Below, piece after piece: positions 1-10,662 of a stretch of 64,000 nucleotides of DNA. The first letter of the stretch is position 1, and each line of letters starts with the position of its first letter. The notes below the pieces were generated by a model. That model was not told the DNA's origin. It saw only the letters and a list, made by a program, of their open reading frames with translations, and searched no databases. Where the stretch lies: contig NW_005434491.1 in NCBI RefSeq assembly GCF_000315625.1, positions 9,786 to 73,785 of the forward strand, written 5' to 3'. Source of the DNA: Guillardia theta CCMP2712. Lineage: Eukaryota; Protista; Cryptophyta. Made by a program: the position numbers and the translations under genes.

Positions 1-1235
1 ATACTAGGCACCTCGTAGAGCCTGGACGTAGCACATTCCCTCCACGCGAAACCCAGGCTGAAGTCCTGATTGAGATTCTCAAGTAACAACCCCTCACTCT
101 CTCCAAAAAAATTGAACCCCCTCTTCCCCCCCTCCCGAGGAGTCCCGCGCCGGAGTAGAAAGTCCAAGTACCTCAGCTGGTATATGACGACAAACCCGAC
201 GACGACATTAAAGTTGAGAAGGAGGAGGAGGAGGTTGAAGTGGAGGAGGAGGAGGAGGAGGAGGAGGAGGAGGAGGTGTGTGGGGGGGAAGGGGCATGGG
301 CAGGAGAGGGGGGGAGGCAGCCGTGACGTGTGACTGCTCCAGGCATCCGATCTTCGAGGAGGATGAGATGACTCTCATTCTAGTTGGGGGGCTGCTGGGA
401 GGCGCTGCAGGTGACGGAAGAGGGAAGAGCACGAGCAGGGGCAGGGGCAGGGGCAGGAGGTGGTGGAGGAGGTGGTGGTGGAGGAGGAGGTGGAGGAGGA
501 GGTGGTGGAGGAGGAGGAGGTGGTGGTGGTGGTGGTGGTGGTGGAGGAGGAGGTGGTGGAGGTGGTGATGGAGGAGGAGGAGGTGGTGGGAATGCTGATG
601 TTATTCGAGGCACGAGGGCACATGACTGATTCTCGACAGGCTACGCTCAAACAGCCTTCTATTGAATGCCGGGAGGAGAGGAGGAGGAGAGGAGGAGGAG
701 GAAGGGGAGGAGGAGGAGAGGAGGAAGGGGATGGGGAGGGTGGGGAGCACAGGCGGGTGAAAAGAAATTCTTCCTTCTCCATTTTAACCTATTCTATAAT
801 CAGATCAATGCTCAACATCTTTTCTGTCCTGCTCCCACATTCTTATTCCATTGCCCTCCTGCTTACATAATCCTCCTCGCCCTCCTCGTCTGCAGCAGCA
901 GGAGCGCAGCTTCCTCCTGCCTGTGTTAGCGCATCTTCACATGGTCGTCATTTCACGCAATGATCCTCCTCGTAAGATTATTTCCCTGCCGCATCTCTGT
1001 TTTCCATCAGCAGTTCTCTTCAATAGATCATCCTCTCTCTTCCTGCTTGTTGTACACTCTCCTCTCCCTCCATCTTCCTCCTCTCCCTCCATCTTCCTCC
1101 TCTCCCTCCCCTCGCCATCGCCCTCCTCCCCCTCCCTCAAAAAGCATCAAAAAAAAAAAATTAATTCTGCGAAAATTTTGTTTTAATGTTCAGAGGAGGA
1201 ACCAGCTCCTCCTCCTCCTCCTCGCCGCTGCCATC
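1..1235 (-). CDS. Partial multi-exon gene, proline-rich (poly-Pro) hypothetical protein, runs off left edge
   Basis: Minus-strand poly-Pro tract (380-613) plus short exon-like blocks (e.g. LRYLDFLLRRGTPR, QDFSLGFAWRECATSRLYEVPS) between low-complexity intron-like segments; model uncertain. Confidence 0.35.
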
Positions 1236-1367
1236 TCCCCCTCCTCCTTCTACTACACCTATCGCTACCACTTCCTCCTCCTCCTCCTCCTCCTCCTCCT
1301 CCTCCTGATTATTCTCAACGACAGCTCTAGTACTGTCTCTAGGTTTACAGTGTGACTTCAAAATCAG

Positions 1368-1471
1368 TGACCGCGCTAGGCCTTCCAGCCTCCGGTGAGG
1401 AAGGGAGCAGGGATGGGGTTGACCGCGCTAGGCCTTCCAGCCCCCGGTGAGGAAGGGAGCAGGGATGGGGT
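1368..1471. repeat. 52-bp direct tandem duplication covering the stop codon of the glycosyltransferase-like gene
   Basis: GACCGCGCTAGGCCTTCCAGCC...GGATGGGGT starts at 1369 and 1421. Confidence 0.9.
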
Positions 1472-2768
1472 CGCTGGATGGCTGGCTCGCGCTCTTGAAG
1501 AAGCAAGTGCCGGTCCCACCAGCCTTGTGCGTGAAGGACTTGCAGTTGGCCAGCTTGTTGCACTGCCTGCAGCAGTCCTGGAACGTGGGGTAGTTTCCTT
1601 CCTCCTTGATGTCCCCGAGGCCCTTGAAGAGCTCGTAGTTGTCTCGGATCGTGTAGCCCTCGCACACTCCCTCCCCCTTGCTCTCCTTGTGCCACTCGAA
1701 GTCCACGTACGAGTCCAGCAGGCTCCTCTGCAGCTCGAGGTCCCGGTCGTACTGGTGGACCACCCGGGCCAGCTCGTTGTTGACGTTGTAGACCTTGCCG
1801 GAGCGAAACTTCATCACGTGCGCCTGCATGTTTGCAACTAGCCCGTCGTCCTGCCTGTTCACCCTCAGGTGGGGGATCTTGTCCGTGTGGACGAGCACAT
1901 TGTGTACGCCCTGGTCGACTCCGTTCCTCTCGCAGGCGGCGAACTCTTGCTTCATGATATGCTCGCTCATGGCCTGCAGGTACGACTTCACTGCGTCCAT
2001 CGTCCCCATCGAGATCCCCGAGCAGATGATGGGCTTCGAGGACAGCCGGCTGAACATCTCGGGCCCGAAGCAGTCCCTCACCCAACCCCCGTTCCACCCG
2101 CACTGCCCGATCGTTCGATCCTGGACGCCAGTGAAGGCGAGGAAGGAGGAGGAGGAGTCCTTGAGGATCTCAAAGGGGTCGCCCTGGAACGCCGTGTCGC
2201 GCACGTCTGCCATGAGCACTCGTTTGTACTTGTCGGGGTGGAGGCTGAAGAACTGGTGGATGAGGGGCCACCGGATGGTGGACGGATGAAACTTTCTCGT
2301 CCTCTCCACCATGGACTCGCTCGTCTTGAAGATGATGAAGTTCACACCTGCTTCTCTCCCGATCTTCTCCACCTCCTTCTCCAGCTCGTCCACAAACAGA
2401 ACGATGTCGCATTTTGAGTAAGCTCTCAGTGACTTGACGAACACGGCCAGCTGAACCGCGTGGATCTTGTGGGCGATCCCGATGGCGATGTCGGTCGATC
2501 CTCCTCCCTTCAGCTCCCGCATGCTCGAGTCGCTCATCAGCTTCTCCTGCGCCTCCCCTTCTCCAGCTGCCACTCGCGCAGCTGGGCTGTCGCTGGGAGC
2601 TGGAGGGGAATGAGTGCTGGGAGCGGGCGGAGAGGAGGAGGACTTGAGAGCGCTGCTTCCCTTGGTCTTGTACGTGTCCTGCACTTCCTGCAGGATGAGC
2701 ATGCTCGTCTGCACCGCCAGCGCCACCATCGCCAAGCCCATCACCGCCTGCGCATGCCAACGCCGCAT
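1428..2768 (-). CDS. Type II membrane glycosyltransferase-like protein (GT-A, DxRD motif) with C-terminal PAN/Apple domain
   Basis: Intronless 446-aa ORF: N-terminal hydrophobic anchor, Ser/Pro stem, ADVRDTAFQGDPF, CSGISMGT, DQGVHN, VVHQYDR, and a Cys-rich tail (DCCRQCNKLANCKSFTH...CFFKS). Confidence 0.7.
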   Translation of the reverse strand: MRRWHAQAVMGLAMVALAVQTSMLILQEVQDTYKTKGSSALKSSSSPPAPSTHSPPAPSDSPAARVAAGEGEAQEKLMSDSSMRELKGGGSTDIAIGIAHKIHAVQLAVFVKSLRAYSKCDIVLFVDELEKEVEKIGREAGVNFIIFKTSESMVERTRKFHPSTIRWPLIHQFFSLHPDKYKRVLMADVRDTAFQGDPFEILKDSSSSFLAFTGVQDRTIGQCGWNGGWVRDCFGPEMFSRLSSKPIICSGISMGTMDAVKSYLQAMSEHIMKQEFAACERNGVDQGVHNVLVHTDKIPHLRVNRQDDGLVANMQAHVMKFRSGKVYNVNNELARVVHQYDRDLELQRSLLDSYVDFEWHKESKGEGVCEGYTIRDNYELFKGLGDIKEEGNYPTFQDCCRQCNKLANCKSFTHKAGGTGTCFFKSASQPSSDPIPAPFLTGGWKA

Positions 2769-3538
2769 GGCGCTTGGTCAGCCAACATTCGCGGACCTCC
2801 TTGTCACTGCTTGCCGCCGCTGCCAGTCACTCCCGGCCGTGCCGAGTCACTCAGCAGGCTGAAGACTGAGATCAAGCGGAGCTGCTCCTTTACTCAAAGT
2901 TACTGTGACTCAAAGTTGGGCCGTCTGTGCTCGGAGCTACTCGTCTAGTTCTCAGACTTCCCGCCGAGCTACTAGTCTAGTACTATCTCTTTACTCGCCG
3001 CGGCGGAGTCGTACTATCCAGCCCGGGCTCAGTCCGACTTTCAGCACTGAGCTGGCCCAGGGCTGACTTGCCGCTGTGCTGTGCCTCGGATCCGATGATG
3101 GCAGTTACTCTCAGATTGCCGCCGGTGACCGTTCAGCCTGCGATCGCCTCGCCCCGGCCACGCCCGGCCGGTATGACCGACTCTGAAACTTGGCCAAGTA
3201 GCGTACGGTCTCGGTGCTGTCCTAACTTCAAGGTAGACCTTCAATGGCAGGCTAGTTTGTGCGCCCCCCCGGGGCCCCACAGTCTGCGCGGGATCGCATG
3301 GGGTGGTGAGAACGTTAGGAAGCCGCATGGATGCTCGCAGACTAAGGGGAGGGAAGAAGGGAGGGAGGGAGGGAGGGAGAGAAAGAGGGAGGGAGGGAGG
3401 GAGGAAGAGAAAGAGGGAGGGAGGGAGGGAGAGAAAGGAGGGAGGGAGGGAGGGAGGGAGAGGGTCCCATAGTAGTCTAATTTGTTTAGATTGAAAAGAT
3501 AATTCAGGGAGAAGCTCTTCTGACTGAGCCTTTAAACC

Positions 3539-3638
3539 NNNNNNNNNNNNNNNNNNNNNNNNNNNNNNNNNNNNNNNNNNNNNNNNNNNNNNNNNNNNNN
3601 NNNNNNNNNNNNNNNNNNNNNNNNNNNNNNNNNNNNNN
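3539..3638. other. Assembly gap (100 N)
   Basis: Run of N. Confidence 1.
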
Positions 3639-3778
3639 AGCAGCCAGCCATCCAGCGACCCCATCCCTGCTCCTTTCATCATCGGGGGGGGGAAGGAGTA
3701 GCGGGGTAAACCCCATCCCTGCTGACTTTTTCACCGGAGGCCGGAAGACCTTACGTCGTCGCTGATTTTGAGGTCACA
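3639..3778 (+). repeat. Degenerate inverted copy of the 3' end of the glycosyltransferase-like gene (1350-1490), including its 52-bp duplication
   Basis: CAGCCAGCCATCCAGCGACCCCATCCCTGCTCC...CTGATTTTGAGGTCACA matches the reverse complement of ~1350-1490. Confidence 0.85.
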
Positions 3779-3906
3779 GGAGGGAGGGAGGGAGGAGGAA
3801 GGGGAGGGGGGGGGGAGGCAGGGGGAGGAGGAAGGGAATGAGGAGGAGGAGGAGGCGAAGAAAGAAGAGATGGAGGGAGAAGCTCTACCATGTTGACCGT
3901 TGGCCT

Positions 3907-6147
3907 TCACTCGCCCATGGTGTTGCGGAAGTGGATGTACCTGCGATGTCCCTTATCGCTCTTGAGCTCGTAGAACTGCAGGAGGACGAGCTGGAGCTCG
4001 CAGACGTGCCGGTCAACCCCGAGCCTTCTCGTCTCCTCGTTGTCGATGCGGAGATTCAGGGCGACGTGCCTGTAGCCCGCGCTCCTGCTCGAGTCGTAGT
4101 TGTGCCGCAGGGTGTTCTTGATCTGCACGAACTGCACATCCTTGTCGTTGGTCATGTTGCGGAGGCACTCGGTCAGACTGAGCACGTCGTCGAAGACGAT
4201 AGTCTGACGACACATGTCGACAAGCAGCGACACGTCACCGCCATAGCACCTCATGATCTTCTCCACCGCCCGATTGATCGGCTTCAGCGACGCCCACTTG
4301 ATCCCTGACTGCTGGGCCCCTGCTGAGTCCAGCCGGACGAGGCCCGGGGAACGAGGATGCTGCCTCCCCTCTGCGGCCTCTCCGTTGGAGACGAGGAAGC
4401 CACCGGAGAGAGCCGACCAGCACTGAGTCTTGTCCTTGAGGAACGGGTCCAGCTTCTCCGCCTGCCTGTACAGCGCGTTGAGGCTCGTGACCGGGCTGCC
4501 GTCCTTTCCTCTCTGTCGGACGGAGGTGACAGCACTGGCAGGCTTGCCCAGCCACCAGCTCCTTGGGGATCCCTTGTCCTTCCTGACGGTGCCATCCTTG
4601 GCAGTATTGATGATTCTGACGAGGAACTCAAGCTTCTGCAGCTGCATCTTCGTACGGATGTCTTCCACCATGTACCTCCACATCTCGTCGTACCGCTCCT
4701 TGTCGCACTGGATCTGCTGCTGCGCCATCCTATGCGTCCTCCAGCTCATGAACTTGAGGGCTGAGCCGAGGAGGAGGAGGGCGAGGCCGTCCAAGTATGA
4801 GTCCCTGCAGTTCCTGCCGAAGCAGGAGAAGGAGCGGAAGCAGCAGGCGTACAAGAAGTGGCGGGCTCCTCCGAAGAGCATGTTGTTGCAGACCATGTTC
4901 CTGGCGATCAGCAACGAGTGGATGCAGTGGAAGGCGAAGTAGAGCAGCGCTCGGAGGGTCGTCCACTTCCCTGCAGAGGAGCAGAGGACGAAGAATTCGG
5001 CGAGGAAGAGCACGGCGATCATCGGGTGGCAGAGCTTGAGGATCGTCTGCCCGAAGAAATGTTTCTCCATCGCTCCTCCCACCCCCGATAGCAGGAGCAT
5101 CCCGAACAGGAGCAGCCTCCCCAGCCCGTCTATGATGGGGACGAGCCGGGGACCTTTTATGCGGAAGTCTTGGACCTCCAGCCTCTCGATGGACGTGGGA
5201 TGGAGGCCGTCGAGGAAAGTGACGGCTCCTGCGCTCACAGTCAGGGCCCAAGGAGAGGAGGGGAGACAAGGAGTGCACCTGAGTGAGAGATGGAGGAGGA
5301 GGATCCAACTTTGACCCAGTCTTGACCATCCCAGACGGAGAACTGCGCAAGAAGTCAGACCCAATCTCTCCTATCCCTTCCCCCTCCTCCTCCTTCCTTC
5401 TCCACTCTCCTCCATCTCACCATCCTCCTCCTCCTCCTCTTCCTCCTCCTCCTCCTCCTCCTCCTNNNNNNNNNNNNNNNNNNNNNNNNNNNNNNNNNNN
5501 NNNNNNNNNNNNNNNNNNNNNNNNNNNNNNNNNNNNNNNNNNNNNNNNNNNNNNNNNNNNNNNNNCTAAAGTTCCCAACCCGTGCACACCAGAGGTTCTC
5601 TCGTCGAGATATAAAGCACAGATTCGTCCACTTCGTCCATGCGCATCATGTTGCTGCTGGCACTGACTTCTACACACCCCTGCTCATGCTGGAGCCCGAA
5701 CGAGTCGACGCTGAACCTCCTTGAGCCTCCTCCTCCTCTCGTCTGCAGCACTCGGAACTTGAAGCTCTCTGAGGAAGGAGCTTGCAAGCTGTTGACTCCT
5801 CCTCGCAGGTCGGCGATGACGGACAGCAGCCCGAGCCCGCCAGTGAGGATGAAGAAGACCTGGACGATGCGGAAGGAGAGGGCGGCGGCGATGGGGTTGG
5901 AGCAGCGGAGGACGCTACCCAGCGGAACGTGCCGCATGGCATAGCGCAGCCTCTCGTCGGGAGAGCTCTCCGGGACAGAGTCTGTGCTCTGCTCGCACTT
6001 GCTGGGGGACGGGGAGTGGAAGGCGTCGGAGTCATCGAGACGGAAGAGCTCGAGCTCGTCGGCCGATGCTATGCTGAGATTGCGACACCTCGACATCATT
6101 CTCAAGGAGTCTGTCGGTAGGGAGATGAAGGGGACGATCTCTCTCAT
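3907..6147 (-). CDS. Multi-pass membrane protein with C-terminal RelA/SpoT-like nucleotidyltransferase domain (spliced, spans a gap)
   Basis: Several TM helices, then LKPINRAVEK...Y, LVDMCRQTIVF, IKN, GYRHVALN, CELQL, matching the order of synthetase motifs. Confidence 0.7.
5466..5565. other. Assembly gap (100 N)
   Basis: Run of N. Confidence 1.
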
Positions 6148-7248
6148 GGCGCTCTCCTCCTCCTGTCTTTGATAGGGCGATCGTTCACCTCACCCTCATC
6201 GTTCGTCTGCCACCTGACGTGATTGCTTTGTCAGCACCCCAAACAATACATTCTTCTTTCATCTCGTTCGTTTCACGGGGGTGGAAAACTCGGTAGTATT
6301 TTCTTGTTCCTTCATCCCTTCCACTGATTGTTCAAGAGGTTTGAAATCGGTATCCTTCTCTAAGTCAATTTTTATCCACTCCTCTCTTTGTCTCTTTTTC
6401 TCTATCTTTCTTGTAGGCTTCTTCTTTATAAAACGAAATCTCCTTTTCCTCAGTTCTCGTCCTCACAAGCTACTGCTTCATATCATTTGCCATCCTGATT
6501 CTTTCAACATGGCGCCTCTATCTATCCCTCCCGCTTCAAACTATCACTCCTGCCGGTATCGTCCCTCATCGCCCTGCCGTGTCCTACAGGATCCTATCCT
6601 CCTCTTATCATTCTTCCCTCCCCTACTCTCCCCTCCTCTCCTCTCCCCTCCCCTCCCTTCGCTCAGCCGCAGAGGTCATGTCTTCAACCATTGCTGGCCT
6701 CCAACCCATCATGTACACCATCACCCCATCTTCTGACCTATATCGTACCGGTGGTTGTAGAGATTGGGTACTCTTCCCTCCAGTTACATCCCACCCTACC
6801 CCATGACAATTCACTTTCATCACCCCACCCCTGACATACCAGACCAAACACTAGTTAACTACCCCATCAAGCCTCGTCATCCTGCAACGAGTTCAGCTTG
6901 ACTACCCACCCCTGAAGGATCCATGTTTCGGAAACACGATGTTCCATGGACTAGGGTGGTAAATGAGGGAGTATCTGGGGGTAGGGGTAGGTAGCCATAT
7001 CTATCTTTAGGTTACAAGCATCTCGATCTCCCAGGCGGCACCGTATCTCGTGACGGTCGCCGGCCCGTGCCAGTTCGGGCTCGGACGTGACAAGATCTGC
7101 CGCCGTGACCGTGGTCGGACAGGCTCGGCGAGTCCGGGCCCGGCGCGGATCGGTCGGATCGGACGCCGGGCGCCGGGTGGCACCGTCGCCGTGACTGCCG
7201 AGCCGCCGGGCGGCGACGCGCCGGGCCGCCGCGGGCCGCCCCCCCGGG

Positions 7249-7413
7249 NNNNNNNNNNNNNNNNNNNNNNNNNNNNNNNNNNNNNNNNNNNNNNNNNNNN
7301 NNNNNNNNNNNNNNNNNNNNNNNNNNNNNNNNNNNNNNNNNNNNNNNNNNNNNNNNNNNNNNNNNNNNNNNNNNNNNNNNNNNNNNNNNNNNNNNNNNNN
7401 NNNNNNNNNNNNN
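7249..7413. other. Assembly gap
   Basis: Run of N. Confidence 1.
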
Positions 7414-7634
7414 CTTTGTTTGATGAGCTGAAACCCATTGCTTTCTCGATAATACTATTGTGGTCATCATTTCTAATCACGGCACCGAGTTTAATGAGAT
7501 CAGAAGTACCAGCAAGGGCGCTAACACCAATTTCAGTCGTAACCAACTTCAAGTACCCATGGTTATCAATTGCCCTGGTAAAGTACAGACCGTCTTTACT
7601 CATCGTTATACCCAGTTAGTTTTTTAAGTCACTG

Positions 7635-7687
7635 GAGAGGGAGAGGGAGAGGGAGAGGGAGAGGGAGAGGGAGAGGGAGAGGGAGAG
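7635..7687. repeat. (GAGAGG)n microsatellite
   Basis: Directly visible. Confidence 0.9.
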
Positions 7688-7823
7688 TAGAAGAGCAGCC
7701 AGGGTAAGCAGTAGGTGATGAGGGCAGAAGGAACGATTTGGTCACAGATTGACGGGCAGGAATAGTTCAGGTTCATCTCTCCGTGCACAGAACTCACTTG
7801 CCATTGCTGTAGGGCGAATAAGA

Positions 7824-10662
7824 ATGGTCAAGCTTGCGTCAAGTTTTGCGGATAAGCGAAAGAAGATGAGCAAGTCGAAGGTGGTGGGGAAGAGTCCCCA
7901 AGGGGACAAGGCAGGGAAGGACAAGGGGAAGGACAAGGGGAAGGACAAGGGGAAGGACAAGGGGAAGGACAAGGCTGGTGAACTCGACTCGGAAGACGAG
8001 CAAGCTGAGGAGGTGAAGGAGAGCCAGTGGCTGGGAAGAGCTCTTCGCAGGCAGAAGACAAGGGACCTGATGGAGCAGAAGTCGAAGAGCAAGAAGAAGA
8101 AAGACGGAGTGAAAGAAGGAAGCGATGGAGACGAGGAAGACGAGGAGGAGGAGGAAGAGGTGGTGATGGAGGAAGAAAAGCTGGCGAACTTTCAGTTTGA
8201 CGACGACGACGCCCTGAACGAGCTCGCGCCCAAGGGATGGGACGTGAGCGATATGGTAAAGGTGGAACACAAGCGAGACCCCAAGGGCATCCTGACCTCC
8301 CTGGATGCCAAGATTGCCAAGAGGAAGGGTGCAGCAGAAGCGGAAGAGGAAGGGGAAGGAGAGGAGGAGGAAAGCGAGGAGGAGGAAAGCGACGCCTCGC
8401 ACATGAGCGGAGAGGAGGATGGAGAGACAGCTCTTCATGAGAAGGAGAGCGACAGTAGCGGCAAAGAGGACGACGAGGAAGAGGACGACCTCCAGGAGGA
8501 GACGCAGACAGAGGCTTCAAAGAAGCAGGAGGAGGAGGAGAAAGAGCGTCTGGCGTTTCAGAGAAGGATGGAGAAGGAGAGGGAGTATTTCGACGATGCT
8601 CCGGTGCAGTCAGCCGAGACCTCCTCCTTCCAGGAGCTCCATCTCTCTCGCCCTCTCCTCAAGGCTGTCTCCTCCCTTGGCTTCATCAAGCCCACAGTCA
8701 TCCAATCCATGGTGATTCCCGTCGCTCTGCAGGGCAAGGACGTTTGCGCCTCCTCTCGCACGGGGTCTGGCAAAACTGCTGCCTTCGCCCTCCCCATCCT
8801 CGAGCGCCTCCTCTACCGGCCAAGAAGGGTGGCGGCGACCCGTGTGCTGGTCTTGACGCCGACCCGCGAGCTGGCGGTGCAGGCGCATGCGATGATGGAG
8901 AAGCTCGCCGCCTTCACAGACATCCGATGCTACATCGTGATAGGAGGCGTCAAGAACCAGCTGCAGGAGACGGAGCTGAGGAAGAAGCCCGACGTGGTGG
9001 TGGCGACGCCGGGAAGGATGATCGATCACCTGAGGAACGCTCCTGGGATCGGGTTCGAGGCGCTGGAGATCCTCGTGCTCGACGAGGCAGATCGTCTCCT
9101 TGAGATGGGGTTCACGGAAGAAGTGCAGGAGCTGGTCAAGATGTGCCCGCAGCAGCGGCAGACCATGCTATTCTCCGCCACCATGACCCACGACGTTGAC
9201 AAGCTCGCCGCCTTCTCCCTCCGCCGTCCCGTGCGAGTGACAGCGGACGGCTCGATTCGCACAGACGAGACGCAGGGGACGCTGAACAAGGTGGCGGTGC
9301 CGAGCTCCCTGCTGCAGGAATTTGTCCGTATCCGCAAGGAGCACGAGAAGGACAGAGAGGCGATCCTGCTCTGCCTCTGCACGCGCACCTTCCACAAGCG
9401 CACCATCGTCTTCTGCCGGGAGAAGAGGAGAGCACACCGTCTCCGCATCATCTTTGGGCTGCTGGGGCTGCGGGTCGAGGAGCTGCACGGGAACCTGACG
9501 CAGGCACAGCGTCTGGAGGCGCTGGAGAACTTCAAGGAGGAGAAGAGCGACTTCCTGCTGGCGACCGACCTCGCCGGTCGCGGGCTGGACATCAAGGGGG
9601 TTGACGTGGTCGTGAACCTCGAGGTCCCTCGTAACCTCGCCGAGTATGTCCACAGGGTCGGCAGGACGGCGCGTGCGGGGAGGAAGGGGCGAGCAGTGAC
9701 CCTGGCTGACGACAGTCAGCGGACCAAGTCGATGCTCAAGGAGGTCGTTCGCAGCGCTCCTGATGTGGTGAAGAGGAGGGTAGTTCCCCCCGACGCCATC
9801 GCCGCCATGAGGAGCCGCATTGAGGAGCTGGAGGCTGACGTGGCAGCGGTGATGGAGGAGGAGGCGGTGGAGCGGCAGATGAGGATCGCGGACATGGAGG
9901 GAGAGAAGGCGAGGAACCTAGTGGAGCATGAGGAGGACATCCTGGCCCGCCCCAAGAAGACTTGGTTCCAGAGCAGGGAGGAGAAGCTGCAGGCCCGTGA
10001 GTCGAACCCTTCCAGCGGAAGGAGCCAGGACAGGCGCGAGAGGGGCAAGAGGGGGCGGGAAGAGCAGGAAGAGGGAGAGGACGGAGATCCCCCGCAGATC
10101 TCCAAGAAGAAGGTGATCGGGAACAGCAAGGCCGACAAGTATGCGGGGATGAACAGGAGGAAGAGGAGGAGGCTGCAGATGCAGGAGGATGACGAGCTGG
10201 AGAAGGCTGGGGCCAAGTTCTTCGGCAAGGAGGAGGGCCCGAGGGAAAAGAACAAAGCCCTCTCGCAGCGAGCAGCCAAGTCAGCGTACCGCCATGGTCG
10301 ACTGGACCCCAAGAAGATGAGGTGAGGAGGAGGAGGATCAGGAGGAGGAGGATCAGGAGGAGGAGGATCAGGAGGAGGATCAGGAGGAGGAGGATCAGGA
10401 GGAGGAGGAGGAGGAGGAGGAGCTGACGGTGATCTACAGAGAGGAGGAGAGGAAGTCCAGGAAGGACAAGAAGCGCAAGAACACAGGAGCGAGAGAGGAG
10501 CGGCCGGGGAGGAAGGGGCACTCAGACGAGGACATGTTCAAGGAGGCGCTGGAGAAGGAGCTGGGGGAGAGGAGGAAGCCAGCCAAGCTCAACAAGAACA
10601 AGACACAGTCCAAGGCTAGCCATCACGGTTTCAAATCCATGAAGAGGATGAAGCGAAGATAA
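7824..10662 (+). CDS. DDX27: DEAD-box RNA helicase DDX27/DRS1 (60S biogenesis); intron 10322-10439
   Basis: Q motif FQELHLSRPLLKA, TGSGKT, PTRELA, DEAD, SAT, HRVGRTAR; DRS1-type EFVRIR and ARPKKTWF; long acidic N-terminus; GT-AG intron joins a final Lys/Arg-rich exon in frame. Confidence 0.9.

Noticed and set aside
70-1361. Many short ORFs rich in poly-Arg/Gly/Glu/Ser
   Set aside because: Artefacts of (GGA)n/(GGT)n microsatellites read in alternative frames
1345-10521. Long antisense/overlapping ORFs over the GT, RelA-like and DDX27 genes
   Set aside because: Expected shadow ORFs of GC3-rich coding sequence; no motifs
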